Notes: generated from the sequence alone by a model not told the origin. DNA of 64,000 bases from Candidatus Pacearchaeota archaeon (GCA_026395815.1 JAPLXZ010000011.1:1638-65637); one strand, 5' to 3'. Shown: positions 44,441-53,608, counted from the stretch's first letter. A program made the numbers and translations.

Positions 44441-45074
44441 TTTTTATTCTTGGAGACAAAGTGGTGATATTCTTATATCCTAAATCATTTAGCATTTCCA
44501 CCCCTTTAAAAATGTGTTCATCAGAAGAAAAAATAGCAACGGGATTTGCTTTTCTGCCTTCTTTAGAAAAATATTCTGAGAATAAAAGAGCGCTATCAAG
44601 TATTTCTCTGTCTACATCAGAAAAACCTTCTAAATCCTTTTTGCAGTTTTCAGCGCATGAAAGTTTTGTAACCCAATAAACCTTATATCTTTCGCTATCA
44701 TCAGAAACATTACTTAATGCAAATTCCTTTAATCTTTCATAATCTCCTAAAAATTTGTCTATTAAAGGACACACTGTTTCTTTGATCTCCTTGTTATTTC
44801 CATTTAACTTTACACAATAATGTTTAGTTATTTCTGAATGAGTAGAAGGAGAAACTAATGTTTGATATTTTCCTGCAAAGTTCATTAAAAAGTGGTCTGC
44901 ATAGATTTCTTGAAGAGGTATTTCTTTTTTTCCTCTTTGCCTTATTTCTTCTTCTTTTGAAGATTTGCATATGTCAATAATTGCGCTTGTGTCTAAGAAA
45001 ACAATTGGCAGAGTTTTGCCTACAAATGCTTTTTCTGCATCTCTCATCATATCCCTTAAGGTCTTTATTGTCAT
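44430..45074 (-). CDS. PIN-domain nuclease-like protein
   Basis: IVFLDTSAIIDI (first Asp), SEITKH, SDVDREILDSALL and FSSDEHIF fit the four-acidic PIN layout. Its 3' end overlaps the RNA-ligase start by 11 nt. Confidence 0.6.
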   Translation of the reverse strand: MTIKTLRDMMRDAEKAFVGKTLPIVFLDTSAIIDICKSSKEEEIRQRGKKEIPLQEIYADHFLMNFAGKYQTLVSPSTHSEITKHYCVKLNGNNKEIKETVCPLIDKFLGDYERLKEFALSNVSDDSERYKVYWVTKLSCAENCKKDLEGFSDVDREILDSALLFSEYFSKEGRKANPVAIFSSDEHIFKGVEMLNDLGYKNITTLSPRIKNAR

Positions 45075-45158
45075 AGAAATATTAACCTCTTTTCATTTAA
45101 AAGCCTTTCTATTTGTTCCCCCTTCATAGTTACAACAAGATAGATAATATGGATAATT

Positions 45159-45557
45159 TCATAAAATTCTTACAATTTCGCCATTCTTGTCCAATTCAAT
45201 AAAATGATTTACCTGTTCATTTCTGTAAGCATCACACTGGTTTTCTATTAAATCATCTTCACTTGTTCTTGGCACATGAACTATATCAACAGCATAATCT
45301 TCACATGTTCCTAAACACTGAGAATTAACTTCTTCTGCAACTTCATTAAACTTTCCAATAGCACAATTTATTACATTTTGTTGTTTTAAAACATAGTTTG
45401 GAATTTCGGCAGGATTTCCATGTTTAATCCAGATTCCTTTCTCATCTTTAATCCAACTGTCTTCATCTCCTCCTATAACAAATCTCACAAAAAGCCATCC
45501 GACTATTAATAATAAAACAATAATCCCAATTGTTAAATAACTCTTTTTTATTTTCAT
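45159..45557 (-). CDS. Signal-anchored small Cys-containing protein
   Basis: N-terminal TM (LTIGIIVLLLIVGWLFVRFVIGG) and four Cys in the ectodomain. Its ATG overlaps the gatD stop. Confidence 0.5.
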   Translation of the reverse strand: MKIKKSYLTIGIIVLLLIVGWLFVRFVIGGDEDSWIKDEKGIWIKHGNPAEIPNYVLKQQNVINCAIGKFNEVAEEVNSQCLGTCEDYAVDIVHVPRTSEDDLIENQCDAYRNEQVNHFIELDKNGEIVRIL

Positions 45558-46837
45558 TATTCTATTCTATTATTCAATTCCCCTGCAACATTTTCAAGCA
45601 TTTTCTCCTTTACAATCTTCTTGTCTTTTTTCCAGTCTTCATGTCCTAAAACCCATGAAAGCTTTACAAAAGCTGTTTCAGCAAGCATGTCTTCTAAGTA
45701 AATAACGCCTGTTGCTAAAATTTCTCGCCCATTACTATAGACTAAAGGATCTACTCTGCCATTGATGCATTGGGAAACAGCACAAACTATAATCCCTTTT
45801 TTCTGAATCTCTTCGAGTTTTTTTGTCCATGGTTTTCTTGCTCTTTTTGTGGGGGCATGTCCTAATCCAGAAAGCTCAAGAACAATCCCCTTGTACTTTT
45901 CTTTGGCATAATAATCCAAGATATTTGGATTTTGTCCTGGATAGATTTTTACTAAGGCAACTTTATCTTCAAATTTCACATCAGTTTTAACTTTATTCTT
46001 ATTTCTTGTTTTGTAATTTGAAATTAGTTCTATTCTGTCTGGAAAAATTCTTGCATATGGCTTTCCATTTACAACTTTAAAAGCATCTCTTCTTGAAGTA
46101 TGCAATTTCCTTACTTTCACTCCAGGCATAGCATAGCAGTAATCATCATTTGAGGAAGCATGCCCAACAAGCATTACTTCGGCCATGTCTGAAATCGCAG
46201 CTAAAGCAGAACACTGCAAATTTAAATTAGCATCTGAACTTGCTCTATCCACGCTTCTTTGGCTGTAAGTTAAAACAACTGGTTTATTTAAATTTCTAAG
46301 AAAAAAACTCAAAGCAGAAGAAGTGTAATGTAAGGTATCTGTTCCATGTGTTATTATTATTCCCTTGATATTATTATCTTTTAGAAGTTTTTCAGCGACC
46401 CGGGCAATTTTTTGCCAGTCTTTGAAATCCATATCTTCACTGGCTTTCATAAAAGGAATTTCAACTTTTGCTACATTAACTTTATTAAAAAGTTCCGGAT
46501 AAAATTTAAACAGACTTTCTGGAGAAGTCAAAGGATGAACACCTCCTGTTTTTGAATCATAACTGGAAGCGATTGTTCCTCCTGTGATTATCATTGCGAT
46601 GTTTGGTTTTTCATTATCTTTTTTTATCTGTATTTCTTCTTCTTTTTCTTTTGCTTTACCTAAAACATTTATTTTCAGAATATCTTTTTTATTGAATCCT
46701 ATATTATATCCAGAATCCAACTTCAAAAGAACAATTCCTTTTTCATCATCAGGAACTTCCAAGAGAATTCCCTCATAAATCACTCTTGTAAGATGAATCT
46801 CAACATAATCTCCAGGCACAGCATCTGTCTTAATCAT
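45557..46837 (-). CDS. gatD: Glu-tRNA(Gln) amidotransferase subunit D
   Basis: Asparaginase motifs ITGGTIASS and ITHGTDTL after the N-terminal GatD-specific domain. Confidence 0.92.
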   Translation of the reverse strand: MIKTDAVPGDYVEIHLTRVIYEGILLEVPDDEKGIVLLKLDSGYNIGFNKKDILKINVLGKAKEKEEEIQIKKDNEKPNIAMIITGGTIASSYDSKTGGVHPLTSPESLFKFYPELFNKVNVAKVEIPFMKASEDMDFKDWQKIARVAEKLLKDNNIKGIIITHGTDTLHYTSSALSFFLRNLNKPVVLTYSQRSVDRASSDANLNLQCSALAAISDMAEVMLVGHASSNDDYCYAMPGVKVRKLHTSRRDAFKVVNGKPYARIFPDRIELISNYKTRNKNKVKTDVKFEDKVALVKIYPGQNPNILDYYAKEKYKGIVLELSGLGHAPTKRARKPWTKKLEEIQKKGIIVCAVSQCINGRVDPLVYSNGREILATGVIYLEDMLAETAFVKLSWVLGHEDWKKDKKIVKEKMLENVAGELNNRIE

Positions 46838-46908
46838 AAAAGAAGAAATTAGAGGAAATATAAAAAACTATCCATTAACTTAATAAATTCTTTATCTTTT
46901 GTTTTAGC

Positions 46909-48270
46909 ATGGTTAAGATAGGGTTGGAAATCCATGGATATATCAATACGAACGAGAAACTCTTTTGCAGATGCAGAGCGCAACATGGCTTAAAGTTCTC
47001 AAAACCGAATACAAATATTTGTCCTGTATGCACCAGCCAGCCAGGAAGCAAACCAATGCTCCCAAATAAGACTGCAATTGACAAAGCAATTCAGATTGGA
47101 TTAATTTTAAAATGCAAAATAAATTCAAAGTTTATCTGGCAAAGAAAACATTATGATTGGCCAGACCTTCCAAAGGGTTATCAGGATACTGTTTCAGGGG
47201 GGCATGCTATTCCAATAGGAGAAAAAGGAGAGTTTTTAGGAATTAGAATTAGGGAAGCGCATTTAGAAGAAGATCCTGCTGCATGGAATCCAAAAACAGG
47301 AGAAATAGATTACAACAGAAGCGGCTTGCCTTTGATAGAAATTGTTACAGAGCCTGATTTTTCTTCATCTCAGCAAGTTATTGATTGGCTTAAACAATTA
47401 GTAATAACATTAGGATACATAAAAACATTGGACAAATCTGCAGGAATAAAAGCAGATGTTAATATTTCTCTGCCTGAATTAAATGGAAAGAGGATTGAAG
47501 TAAAAAATGTGAATTCATTAAAGAATATTAAAGCACTTATTGAAATTGAAATTGAAAGGCAAAAATCCGATACTCCAAAAATCCAAGAAACAAGGATGTT
47601 TGATGAAGCAAAAGGAATAACAATAAAGATGAGAGAAAAAGAGCAAACAGATGATTATAGATTTATTTCAGATCCTGATTTGCCTGTTGTTATAATCAAA
47701 CAGTCAAGAATAGAAAAAATAAAATCTGCAATTCCTGAAACTCCTTTTGAAAAACTTCAAAGGTTAATAAAAAAATATAATATAGAGAAAAAATCAGCAG
47801 AGGTTTTAACTAAAAAACTCGAAATTGTAGAATTTTTTGAGAAGATTGTAGAAAAAGTGAATGCTAAACTCGCTGTTCCTTGGGTAACTATAGAACTTCT
47901 TTCTGTTTTGAATTACAACAAAAAAGAACTTGATGAAGTCGACATTTCTCCAGAACACTTCATTGAACTTCTTAAACTTGTAGAAAATAAAAAGATTACA
48001 GAACTTAAGGCAAAAGATATCTTAAGAAAATTCATTCCTAAATCTTTTTCTCCCTTAAAAGAAGCAGAAAAACAAGGAAAAATTTCTTCTGAAAATGAAT
48101 TGGAAAAGATTTGCAGGCTTGTTTTGAGCGAAAATCCAAAAGCAATTCAAGATTATAAGGAAGGAAAACAAGAATCCCTTCATTTTTTAATTGGGAAAAT
48201 AATGCAAAAGACGAACAAACGTGCGGATTTCAAAACTACGAGGGAAATTTTGGAAAGAATTTTAAAATAA
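46909..48270 (+). CDS. gatB: Asp/Glu-tRNA amidotransferase subunit B
   Basis: IGLEIHGYI, CPVCTSQPGSKP, RKHYDWPDLPKGYQ, LEEDPA and GLPLIEIVTEPD, plus a C-terminal GatB/YqeY tail. Confidence 0.93.
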   Translation: MVKIGLEIHGYINTNEKLFCRCRAQHGLKFSKPNTNICPVCTSQPGSKPMLPNKTAIDKAIQIGLILKCKINSKFIWQRKHYDWPDLPKGYQDTVSGGHAIPIGEKGEFLGIRIREAHLEEDPAAWNPKTGEIDYNRSGLPLIEIVTEPDFSSSQQVIDWLKQLVITLGYIKTLDKSAGIKADVNISLPELNGKRIEVKNVNSLKNIKALIEIEIERQKSDTPKIQETRMFDEAKGITIKMREKEQTDDYRFISDPDLPVVIIKQSRIEKIKSAIPETPFEKLQRLIKKYNIEKKSAEVLTKKLEIVEFFEKIVEKVNAKLAVPWVTIELLSVLNYNKKELDEVDISPEHFIELLKLVENKKITELKAKDILRKFIPKSFSPLKEAEKQGKISSENELEKICRLVLSENPKAIQDYKEGKQESLHFLIGKIMQKTNKRADFKTTREILERILK

Positions 48271-48271
48271 A

Positions 48272-48389
48272 TGAGCCTGCGAGGATTCGAACCCCGATTA
48301 ACCGGTATCTCCGAAGTTTGCTTGCATATGGATTATCTCGCAAGCTTCCTCGCCGAAGCCGGTTGTGCTGTCCATTACACCACAGGCCC
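48272..48389 (-). tRNA. tRNA-Arg(UCG) with ~46-nt intron at 37/38
   Basis: Acceptor GGGCCUG/CAGGCUC, anticodon stem ACCGG/CCGGU, loop CUUCGG|intron|A, T arm CGGGG-UUCGAAU-CCUCG. The intron (about 48307..48352) contains the stem GCUUGC/GCAAGC. The gene starts 2 nt after the gatB stop, on the opposite strand. Confidence 0.8.
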
Positions 48390-48439
48390 AAAAAACTAAG
48401 TAGGATTAGGTTTTTATATCTTATTTGTCTTGTAAATTA

Positions 48440-49300
48440 ATGTCATTAAAAAGACATCATAAAATAATAATTGGAGGTGTAAGTTCCTTGCTTGTAATAT
48501 TTATGGTAATGAGTACCATATTCATGTACCTTATGTATACAAATCAAAATATGAATTTCCAAGAATTAAGCAATAGAATAAAGAATCTTCAAATAGAAAC
48601 TCAAACAAAATTCAGTGATTTATCAGAAACAGTTCTTAATGCAGAAACAGAATTAAAAACGCTTGGTTCTCATATCGGTTCATTAGATAAAGAAATGGTA
48701 AATTTAAAGGCCTCTGCAAGTGCTGATTTCTCTTCTGTAATTGAAGACTCAATAAAATCCGTTGTTACAGTAAGAACAGATATTTCCCAAGGCTCTGGAT
48801 TTATAATTGCTGATGGTGGTTATGTTGTAACAAATGCGCATGTGATGGAAGATGCAGGAGCAGCAGGAGTAATTACTTATGATGGAGAACTGCATTCTGT
48901 ATCAATAATAGGTGAAGTTACAGAAATGGACATAATCCTTCTGCAGATAAACGGAGATTATGAACCATTAGAATTAGCAGATTCTGATGAAGTTCAGATT
49001 GGAGAGAAAGTAATTGCAATTGGTAATCCATTAGGATTACAGTTTTCAGTTTCTGAAGGAATTGTTTCTGCTGTTCACAGAGCAGGTCCAAATGAACTCG
49101 AAGTTTATATCCAAACTGACGCTGCTCTCAATCCAGGAAATTCAGGAGGGCCATTGATAAATAAAAAAGGAGAAGTTATTGGAATAAATAATTTCAAAAC
49201 AGAAACAGGAGAAAGTTTAGGGTTTGCTCTTGAATCCAACCAGCTTAGAATAGTAGTCAATAAAATAGCTGACGTAGCCTTAGGCAAGACTTTAATATAA
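48440..49300 (+). CDS. Trypsin-like (HtrA/S1C-type) serine protease, membrane anchored, no PDZ
   Basis: N-terminal TM, GSGFIIADGGYVVTNAHV (His) and NPGNSGGPLINKKGEVIGIN (Ser). ATG at 48440. Confidence 0.85.
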   Translation: MSLKRHHKIIIGGVSSLLVIFMVMSTIFMYLMYTNQNMNFQELSNRIKNLQIETQTKFSDLSETVLNAETELKTLGSHIGSLDKEMVNLKASASADFSSVIEDSIKSVVTVRTDISQGSGFIIADGGYVVTNAHVMEDAGAAGVITYDGELHSVSIIGEVTEMDIILLQINGDYEPLELADSDEVQIGEKVIAIGNPLGLQFSVSEGIVSAVHRAGPNELEVYIQTDAALNPGNSGGPLINKKGEVIGINNFKTETGESLGFALESNQLRIVVNKIADVALGKTLI

Positions 49301-49330
49301 ATATATAAATAAAATTTTCATAGTGAAATT

Positions 49331-50809
49331 ATGAATGAAAAAATACCTTGTAGCAGCAATCAAAAAAAACAGGAAGCTTTAACAGCAAAAAAAGATGAAA
49401 ATTTTTCTGAATGGTTTAGTCAAATAATTCAAAAAGCAGAACTTGCTGATTTGAGATATAATATAAAAGGATTTTTAGTTTTTCAACCTTGGGCTGTGCT
49501 TTCAATGGAAAAGATGTTTTCAAATATGGAAAGAGTCTTGCAAAGAAAAGGGCACAAGCCGTATTATTTTCCAACATTAATTCCAGAAAGCAATTTAAAA
49601 AAAGAAAGTTCGCATATAAGCGGTTTTAGCCCAGAAGTCTTTTGGGTTACACATGGTGGAAAAGATAAATTAGAAGAAAGATTTGCATTAAGACCTACAA
49701 GTGAAACTGCTTTTTATCAAATGTTTAATTTATGGATTAGAAGTTACAAAGATTTGCCATTTAAAACTTATCAAAGAGCAAATGTGTTCAGGCATGAAAC
49801 AAAAGCTACTCGCCCATTCTTAAGAAGCAGGGAATTCCATTGGATAGAATCGCATTGTGCTCATGCAAGCGAGAAAGATGCTGAAAAGCAAGTAAGAGAA
49901 GATATGGAAACAACAAAAGAAGTTTTGCACGATATTTTTGGACTTCCATTTATATTTTTTGAAAGACCTTCCTGGGATAAATTTCCAGGAGCTTCAAGAA
50001 CATTTGCAGCAGATGTTTTGAATCCAGATGGAAGATTGATACAACAACCATCAACGCATATGATTTCTCAAAATTTCTCAAAAGCTTTTGATGTAAAATT
50101 CAAAGACAAAGACGGAAAAGAAAAATATGTTTACCTAACTTGTTATGGCCCTGCGATTTCAAGGATATTCGCAAGCGTTATGATTGTTCATGGAGATGAT
50201 AAAGGATTAAAGTTCCCATGGGAAATTGCTCCATTGCAGGTTGTTATTGTTCCTATAGAAAAAGAGGACGCAAAAATAAAAGATAAATCAAAAAAACTTA
50301 AGGAAGAAATTCAAAAATTTGCTTCTGTAGAGATTGACTATGGTGATAAGCGACCAGGAGAAAAATTCAATTACTGGGAGATGAAGGGAGTTCCTATAAG
50401 AATTGATATAGGAACAAGGGATTTGAAAAAGAAAAAGATAACAGTATTCAGAAGAGATTTAAACAAGAAAGAAATTTTCAATGAAAGTACTGCAATCAAA
50501 AAAATAAAGGAAATTTCAGGGGAAATAACAAAAAATTTAACTGAAAAAGCTGATAATTTATTTAAAAATAAAATAAAAGAAGCAAAAAATCTTGCAGAGA
50601 TAAAGGAAATAATAAAAAAAGGCGGAATCGCAAGAGTTGAATTTTGTTCTGTTGAAAAAGAAGGGGAAAAATGCGCTGAGATAATTGAAAAAGAAACTGG
50701 CGCTGAAGTTAGAGGAACAAGATTGGATGAAAAAAAGAAAGTTCATGGAAAATGCGTTATATGCAACAAGAAAGCTAATCACATTGTCTATATTGGTAAG
50801 GCATACTAG
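49331..50809 (+). CDS. proS: Prolyl-tRNA synthetase, archaeal/eukaryotic type
   Basis: FSEWFSQIIQKAELAD, class II motifs (FRHETKATRPFLRSREF), and a C-terminal zinc domain ending ...YIGKAY. Confidence 0.95.
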   Translation: MNEKIPCSSNQKKQEALTAKKDENFSEWFSQIIQKAELADLRYNIKGFLVFQPWAVLSMEKMFSNMERVLQRKGHKPYYFPTLIPESNLKKESSHISGFSPEVFWVTHGGKDKLEERFALRPTSETAFYQMFNLWIRSYKDLPFKTYQRANVFRHETKATRPFLRSREFHWIESHCAHASEKDAEKQVREDMETTKEVLHDIFGLPFIFFERPSWDKFPGASRTFAADVLNPDGRLIQQPSTHMISQNFSKAFDVKFKDKDGKEKYVYLTCYGPAISRIFASVMIVHGDDKGLKFPWEIAPLQVVIVPIEKEDAKIKDKSKKLKEEIQKFASVEIDYGDKRPGEKFNYWEMKGVPIRIDIGTRDLKKKKITVFRRDLNKKEIFNESTAIKKIKEISGEITKNLTEKADNLFKNKIKEAKNLAEIKEIIKKGGIARVEFCSVEKEGEKCAEIIEKETGAEVRGTRLDEKKKVHGKCVICNKKANHIVYIGKAY

Positions 50810-50836
50810 TCAGTAAGCCAAAATGCAATCTTTTTT

Positions 50837-50950
50837 TATTCAAGACTTATTGAGTTCAATTCATCTTCTAATCTCAAAGTAATTTCTATTAATTGGCTCA
50901 ATTCTTTTTCTACATTTTCTTTTTCCATTTTTCTTTCTTTTTTTTCCATC
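50837..50950 (-). CDS. Possible 37-aa coiled-coil micro-ORF
   Basis: MEKKERKMEKENVEKELSQLIEITLRLEDELNSISLE. Speculative; it is the only clean ORF in the 478-nt gap. Confidence 0.15.
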
Positions 50951-50954
50951 TTCC

Positions 50955-51160
50955 GATGTTTTGTTTAATCCCTCTTAAAAACAAAGAATTGAAAACTTCC
51001 TGTTTTCAATCTTTTTCAAACAGAATTCAGAAATCCTCTCAGCCTTGAATTAATTAATCAGAAGCACCTCAAATCAATCCAGGACCAAGAAAAATCCTTG
51101 AATTAGTTTGAGGGGAATTTAATTGAAGTGTAGACTAAGCCACATATATTACAATTCCAA
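50955..51160. ncRNA. Candidate structured non-coding RNA (family unknown)
   Basis: Consecutive hairpins: TTTGTTT/AAACAAA (about 50963..50989), the perfect 9-bp ATTGAAAAC-TTCCT-GTTTTCAAT (50989..51011), and the long composite stem CCTCAAA..TCAA..AGGA-loop-TCCT.TGA..TTTGAGG (51068..51114). Lies between convergent genes. Strand undetermined. Confidence 0.25.
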
Positions 51161-51247
51161 GACATGTTTCTCAATCTGACTTCCATAAAATCTTCAAGAA
51201 AATACTATTTTTATAGTTTTCTATACTCTTATTCCATATTCTCTCTA

Positions 51248-51279
51248 TGAAATTTCCAAATTCAAAGGTATGTTTCATT
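51248..51279. repeat. Short 3'-flank hairpin repeat, copy B
   Basis: See 35126..35158. Lies 8 nt past the stop of the minus-strand DHH gene 51288..52328. Confidence 0.5.
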
Positions 51280-51287
51280 TAGAAAAA

Positions 51288-52328
51288 TTATCTTGCTAAA
51301 TCTTCTAATTTTTCTCTAAACTTTTCAAGGTCTTCTATTTTTACTTTAGCTCCAACAGCATTTTCATGTCCCCCTCCTGTTGCCCCTTCTAATCCTTGAA
51401 TTGCTTTTAAAACAAGGTCTCTAATTTTTTTTCCTCTAATAGAAATGTTTGCTTTTATTCCAGTAAGATATATTACCACCACAATCTTAGAAGGAAAGAG
51501 ATAGGTTAATTCATTAGCCAAATCAGCACTCATGCTTAAATCTCCTGCGTATTGAAAGAACAAAAATTTGCTTTCATCAATTCCTGCTTTGGCTTTTTCC
51601 ATTAGTTTCTGATATTTCTTGTAAACTTGTTTGAATCTTACATGCATGTTTTTGTTGTTGTTCGTTTCTTCCAAAACTTCATAAGGAGTTTTGGCTTTCA
51701 ATAGGAATCTTATCATTCCTATCACATTACTGGTTCTATCTTTCAACCCAAAACAGAACAATTTCACAATTTTTCCTATCTCTGATTTATAAAAAATATC
51801 AAAAGCATCTTTTGATTTGAATGCCAAATCTGGGTAAGTTTTTTCAAATTCAGAATAATACTCCGGGATAAATCTGTCAGATATGCATCCAGCGACTGCA
51901 ATCCATAAATCCTCTTTTCTTTCACTAATTTTATAACAGAGGTATGTTACTGGTTCGTTCTTCTTTAGTTTGTTAAAAAGAGGATTATAGTAATGAACAA
52001 AATCCGGAATCTTTGATTTGTCAATTTCATGATGGTCTATCCAAACAATAGGGATGTTAAAACTATTAACTTCATCAAAGAATTCTTTTGAAACAACAGG
52101 CTTATCCAAGATGAAGATATAATCTGCATTTAATTCATTTACCTTCCTGAAATAATCCGCATTCATCTCTGGGAAAGATTTTATTGCAACCCCTTTTCCT
52201 TTTCCGCAATATTTTTGCAAAAGCAAAAAAGAGCACAATCCATCGGGGTCATTATCAAAAAAGAAGATTGGATTTTGCGCTTTCTCAAGATGTTCTTTTA
52301 TTTCTTTTATCTGTTTTTTAGTCAGCAT
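51288..52328 (-). CDS. DHH/DHHA1-family phosphoesterase, second paralogue
   Basis: FDNDPDGLCSF, WIDHHE and the GGGHENAVGA motif. Confidence 0.8.
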   Translation of the reverse strand: MLTKKQIKEIKEHLEKAQNPIFFFDNDPDGLCSFLLLQKYCGKGKGVAIKSFPEMNADYFRKVNELNADYIFILDKPVVSKEFFDEVNSFNIPIVWIDHHEIDKSKIPDFVHYYNPLFNKLKKNEPVTYLCYKISERKEDLWIAVAGCISDRFIPEYYSEFEKTYPDLAFKSKDAFDIFYKSEIGKIVKLFCFGLKDRTSNVIGMIRFLLKAKTPYEVLEETNNNKNMHVRFKQVYKKYQKLMEKAKAGIDESKFLFFQYAGDLSMSADLANELTYLFPSKIVVVIYLTGIKANISIRGKKIRDLVLKAIQGLEGATGGGHENAVGAKVKIEDLEKFREKLEDLAR

Positions 52329-52333
52329 TTTAT

Positions 52334-53305
52334 TTATTCTTTTATTGAAGCGAGGATTATTGGAAGTGCGATTGTTGCGTCACAAAAAACATCAACAAAT
52401 TCGGCATCTTTTTTCATTTTTCCCCATGAAATGCCTTCTCTCAAAGGAGCTCCTGAACTGCCTCCAGGTTCTGTTCTATCAGTAGTTATTTGTATGCCAT
52501 AATCAGCTCCTTTTGAAAATTGCAAAGATTGCTGAATAAAATTCTTGGGTAATCCCCCTCCAATATAAATAACTCCGCTCTTTTTAGAAATCCATGCAAT
52601 GTCAATTATTTCTTTCATATCGTCAAATACCATTATGTTTGCCTGATTTTTTTCTTTAGAATTTACAAGTCTTTCCTGATTTGGATGCATTGCAGACGAA
52701 TCAGTGGGCGGCTGCAAAGTCCTTTTTACAGTAGTCGCACTCCACATCATTAAGCCGATTCCGGAATCTGCAATGCCGGGGCAGAATATAGGAATTCTTT
52801 TTTCATAGCATTTTTTTAATATTCCGTCTCCAGGAGAAAGTTCTCCAAGTTTCCACAAAAATTCCCTTATATTCCCACATTTTTTCAGTTCCTCAAAGTT
52901 TTTTTCAAAAAATTCTTCAAGTTTTTCATAAACTGAATTTTTCATAAATACATTATAAATCCTATCTATTCCCTGCTTGTTCAAATCAGTATCATCTACC
53001 GCATCGTCTCCTTGATAATGGCTTTCGCCAAGAGATTCAATCAGATCATGTGTTAAATTTGCTCCTGTAGTAACAAATACCTTGCTATAGTCAAGAATAT
53101 CAAGAATTATTTGTTTCATCCCTGCAGGAACCATTGCTCCGGCCACTCCAAAAAAGACAGTGCATTCTTTGTCATCGAACATTTTTTTCATTATGCTGCT
53201 TGCCTTGCCAATTTTTTCAGCTCCAAATCCAGCTTTTTCCATTTCTTCAACTAATTCAGAAACTTTCATGTCTTTCTTCACCTTTATATGTTCTATCTTC
53301 TCCAT
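52334..53305 (-). CDS. dys: Deoxyhypusine synthase
   Basis: FFGVAGAMVPAGMK, TTGANLTHD, and the C-terminal EAISWGK-like GISWGKM motif containing the catalytic Lys region. Confidence 0.92.
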   Translation of the reverse strand: MEKIEHIKVKKDMKVSELVEEMEKAGFGAEKIGKASSIMKKMFDDKECTVFFGVAGAMVPAGMKQIILDILDYSKVFVTTGANLTHDLIESLGESHYQGDDAVDDTDLNKQGIDRIYNVFMKNSVYEKLEEFFEKNFEELKKCGNIREFLWKLGELSPGDGILKKCYEKRIPIFCPGIADSGIGLMMWSATTVKRTLQPPTDSSAMHPNQERLVNSKEKNQANIMVFDDMKEIIDIAWISKKSGVIYIGGGLPKNFIQQSLQFSKGADYGIQITTDRTEPGGSSGAPLREGISWGKMKKDAEFVDVFCDATIALPIILASIKE

Positions 53306-53407
53306 ATTATATCCTTGAAATTCTCTTTTAAAAACATATGCCCTTGTCTTTTAAAAAGTATATTCTACAATAAAAATCTTTTTAAATGAGGAATTTATAG
53401 GAATAAA

Positions 53408-53608
53408 ATGAATAAATGGACAGAAATCTTACTCGGACTGATACTCTTAAACGGAGCAATTTTCGTTTGGAGTTTCTCGCAGCAATGGGGGGGATTTTGG
53501 AATTTCGGCTCAGCTGCATGGGAATTCTTTAAAGGTGGATTAGTCTGGTTCGTGATTTTAATTGGATTTATTTTGATTATGTTGGGAATTAGCGATTTGA
53601 AAGAATAA
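53408..53608 (+). CDS. Small two-TM membrane protein
   Basis: ORF with two hydrophobic helices. Confidence 0.4.
   Translation: MNKWTEILLGLILLNGAIFVWSFSQQWGGFWNFGSAAWEFFKGGLVWFVILIGFILIMLGISDLKE

Noticed and set aside
50955-51160. RNase P RNA or SRP RNA identity for the hairpin-rich gap
   Set aside because: I could not find the CR-I (GAGGAAAGUCC) and CR-V motifs or the helix 8 motifs on either strand. Only an isolated ACAGAA and a GGCUUA-like string on opposite strands are present. It is kept as an unclassified ncRNA candidate.
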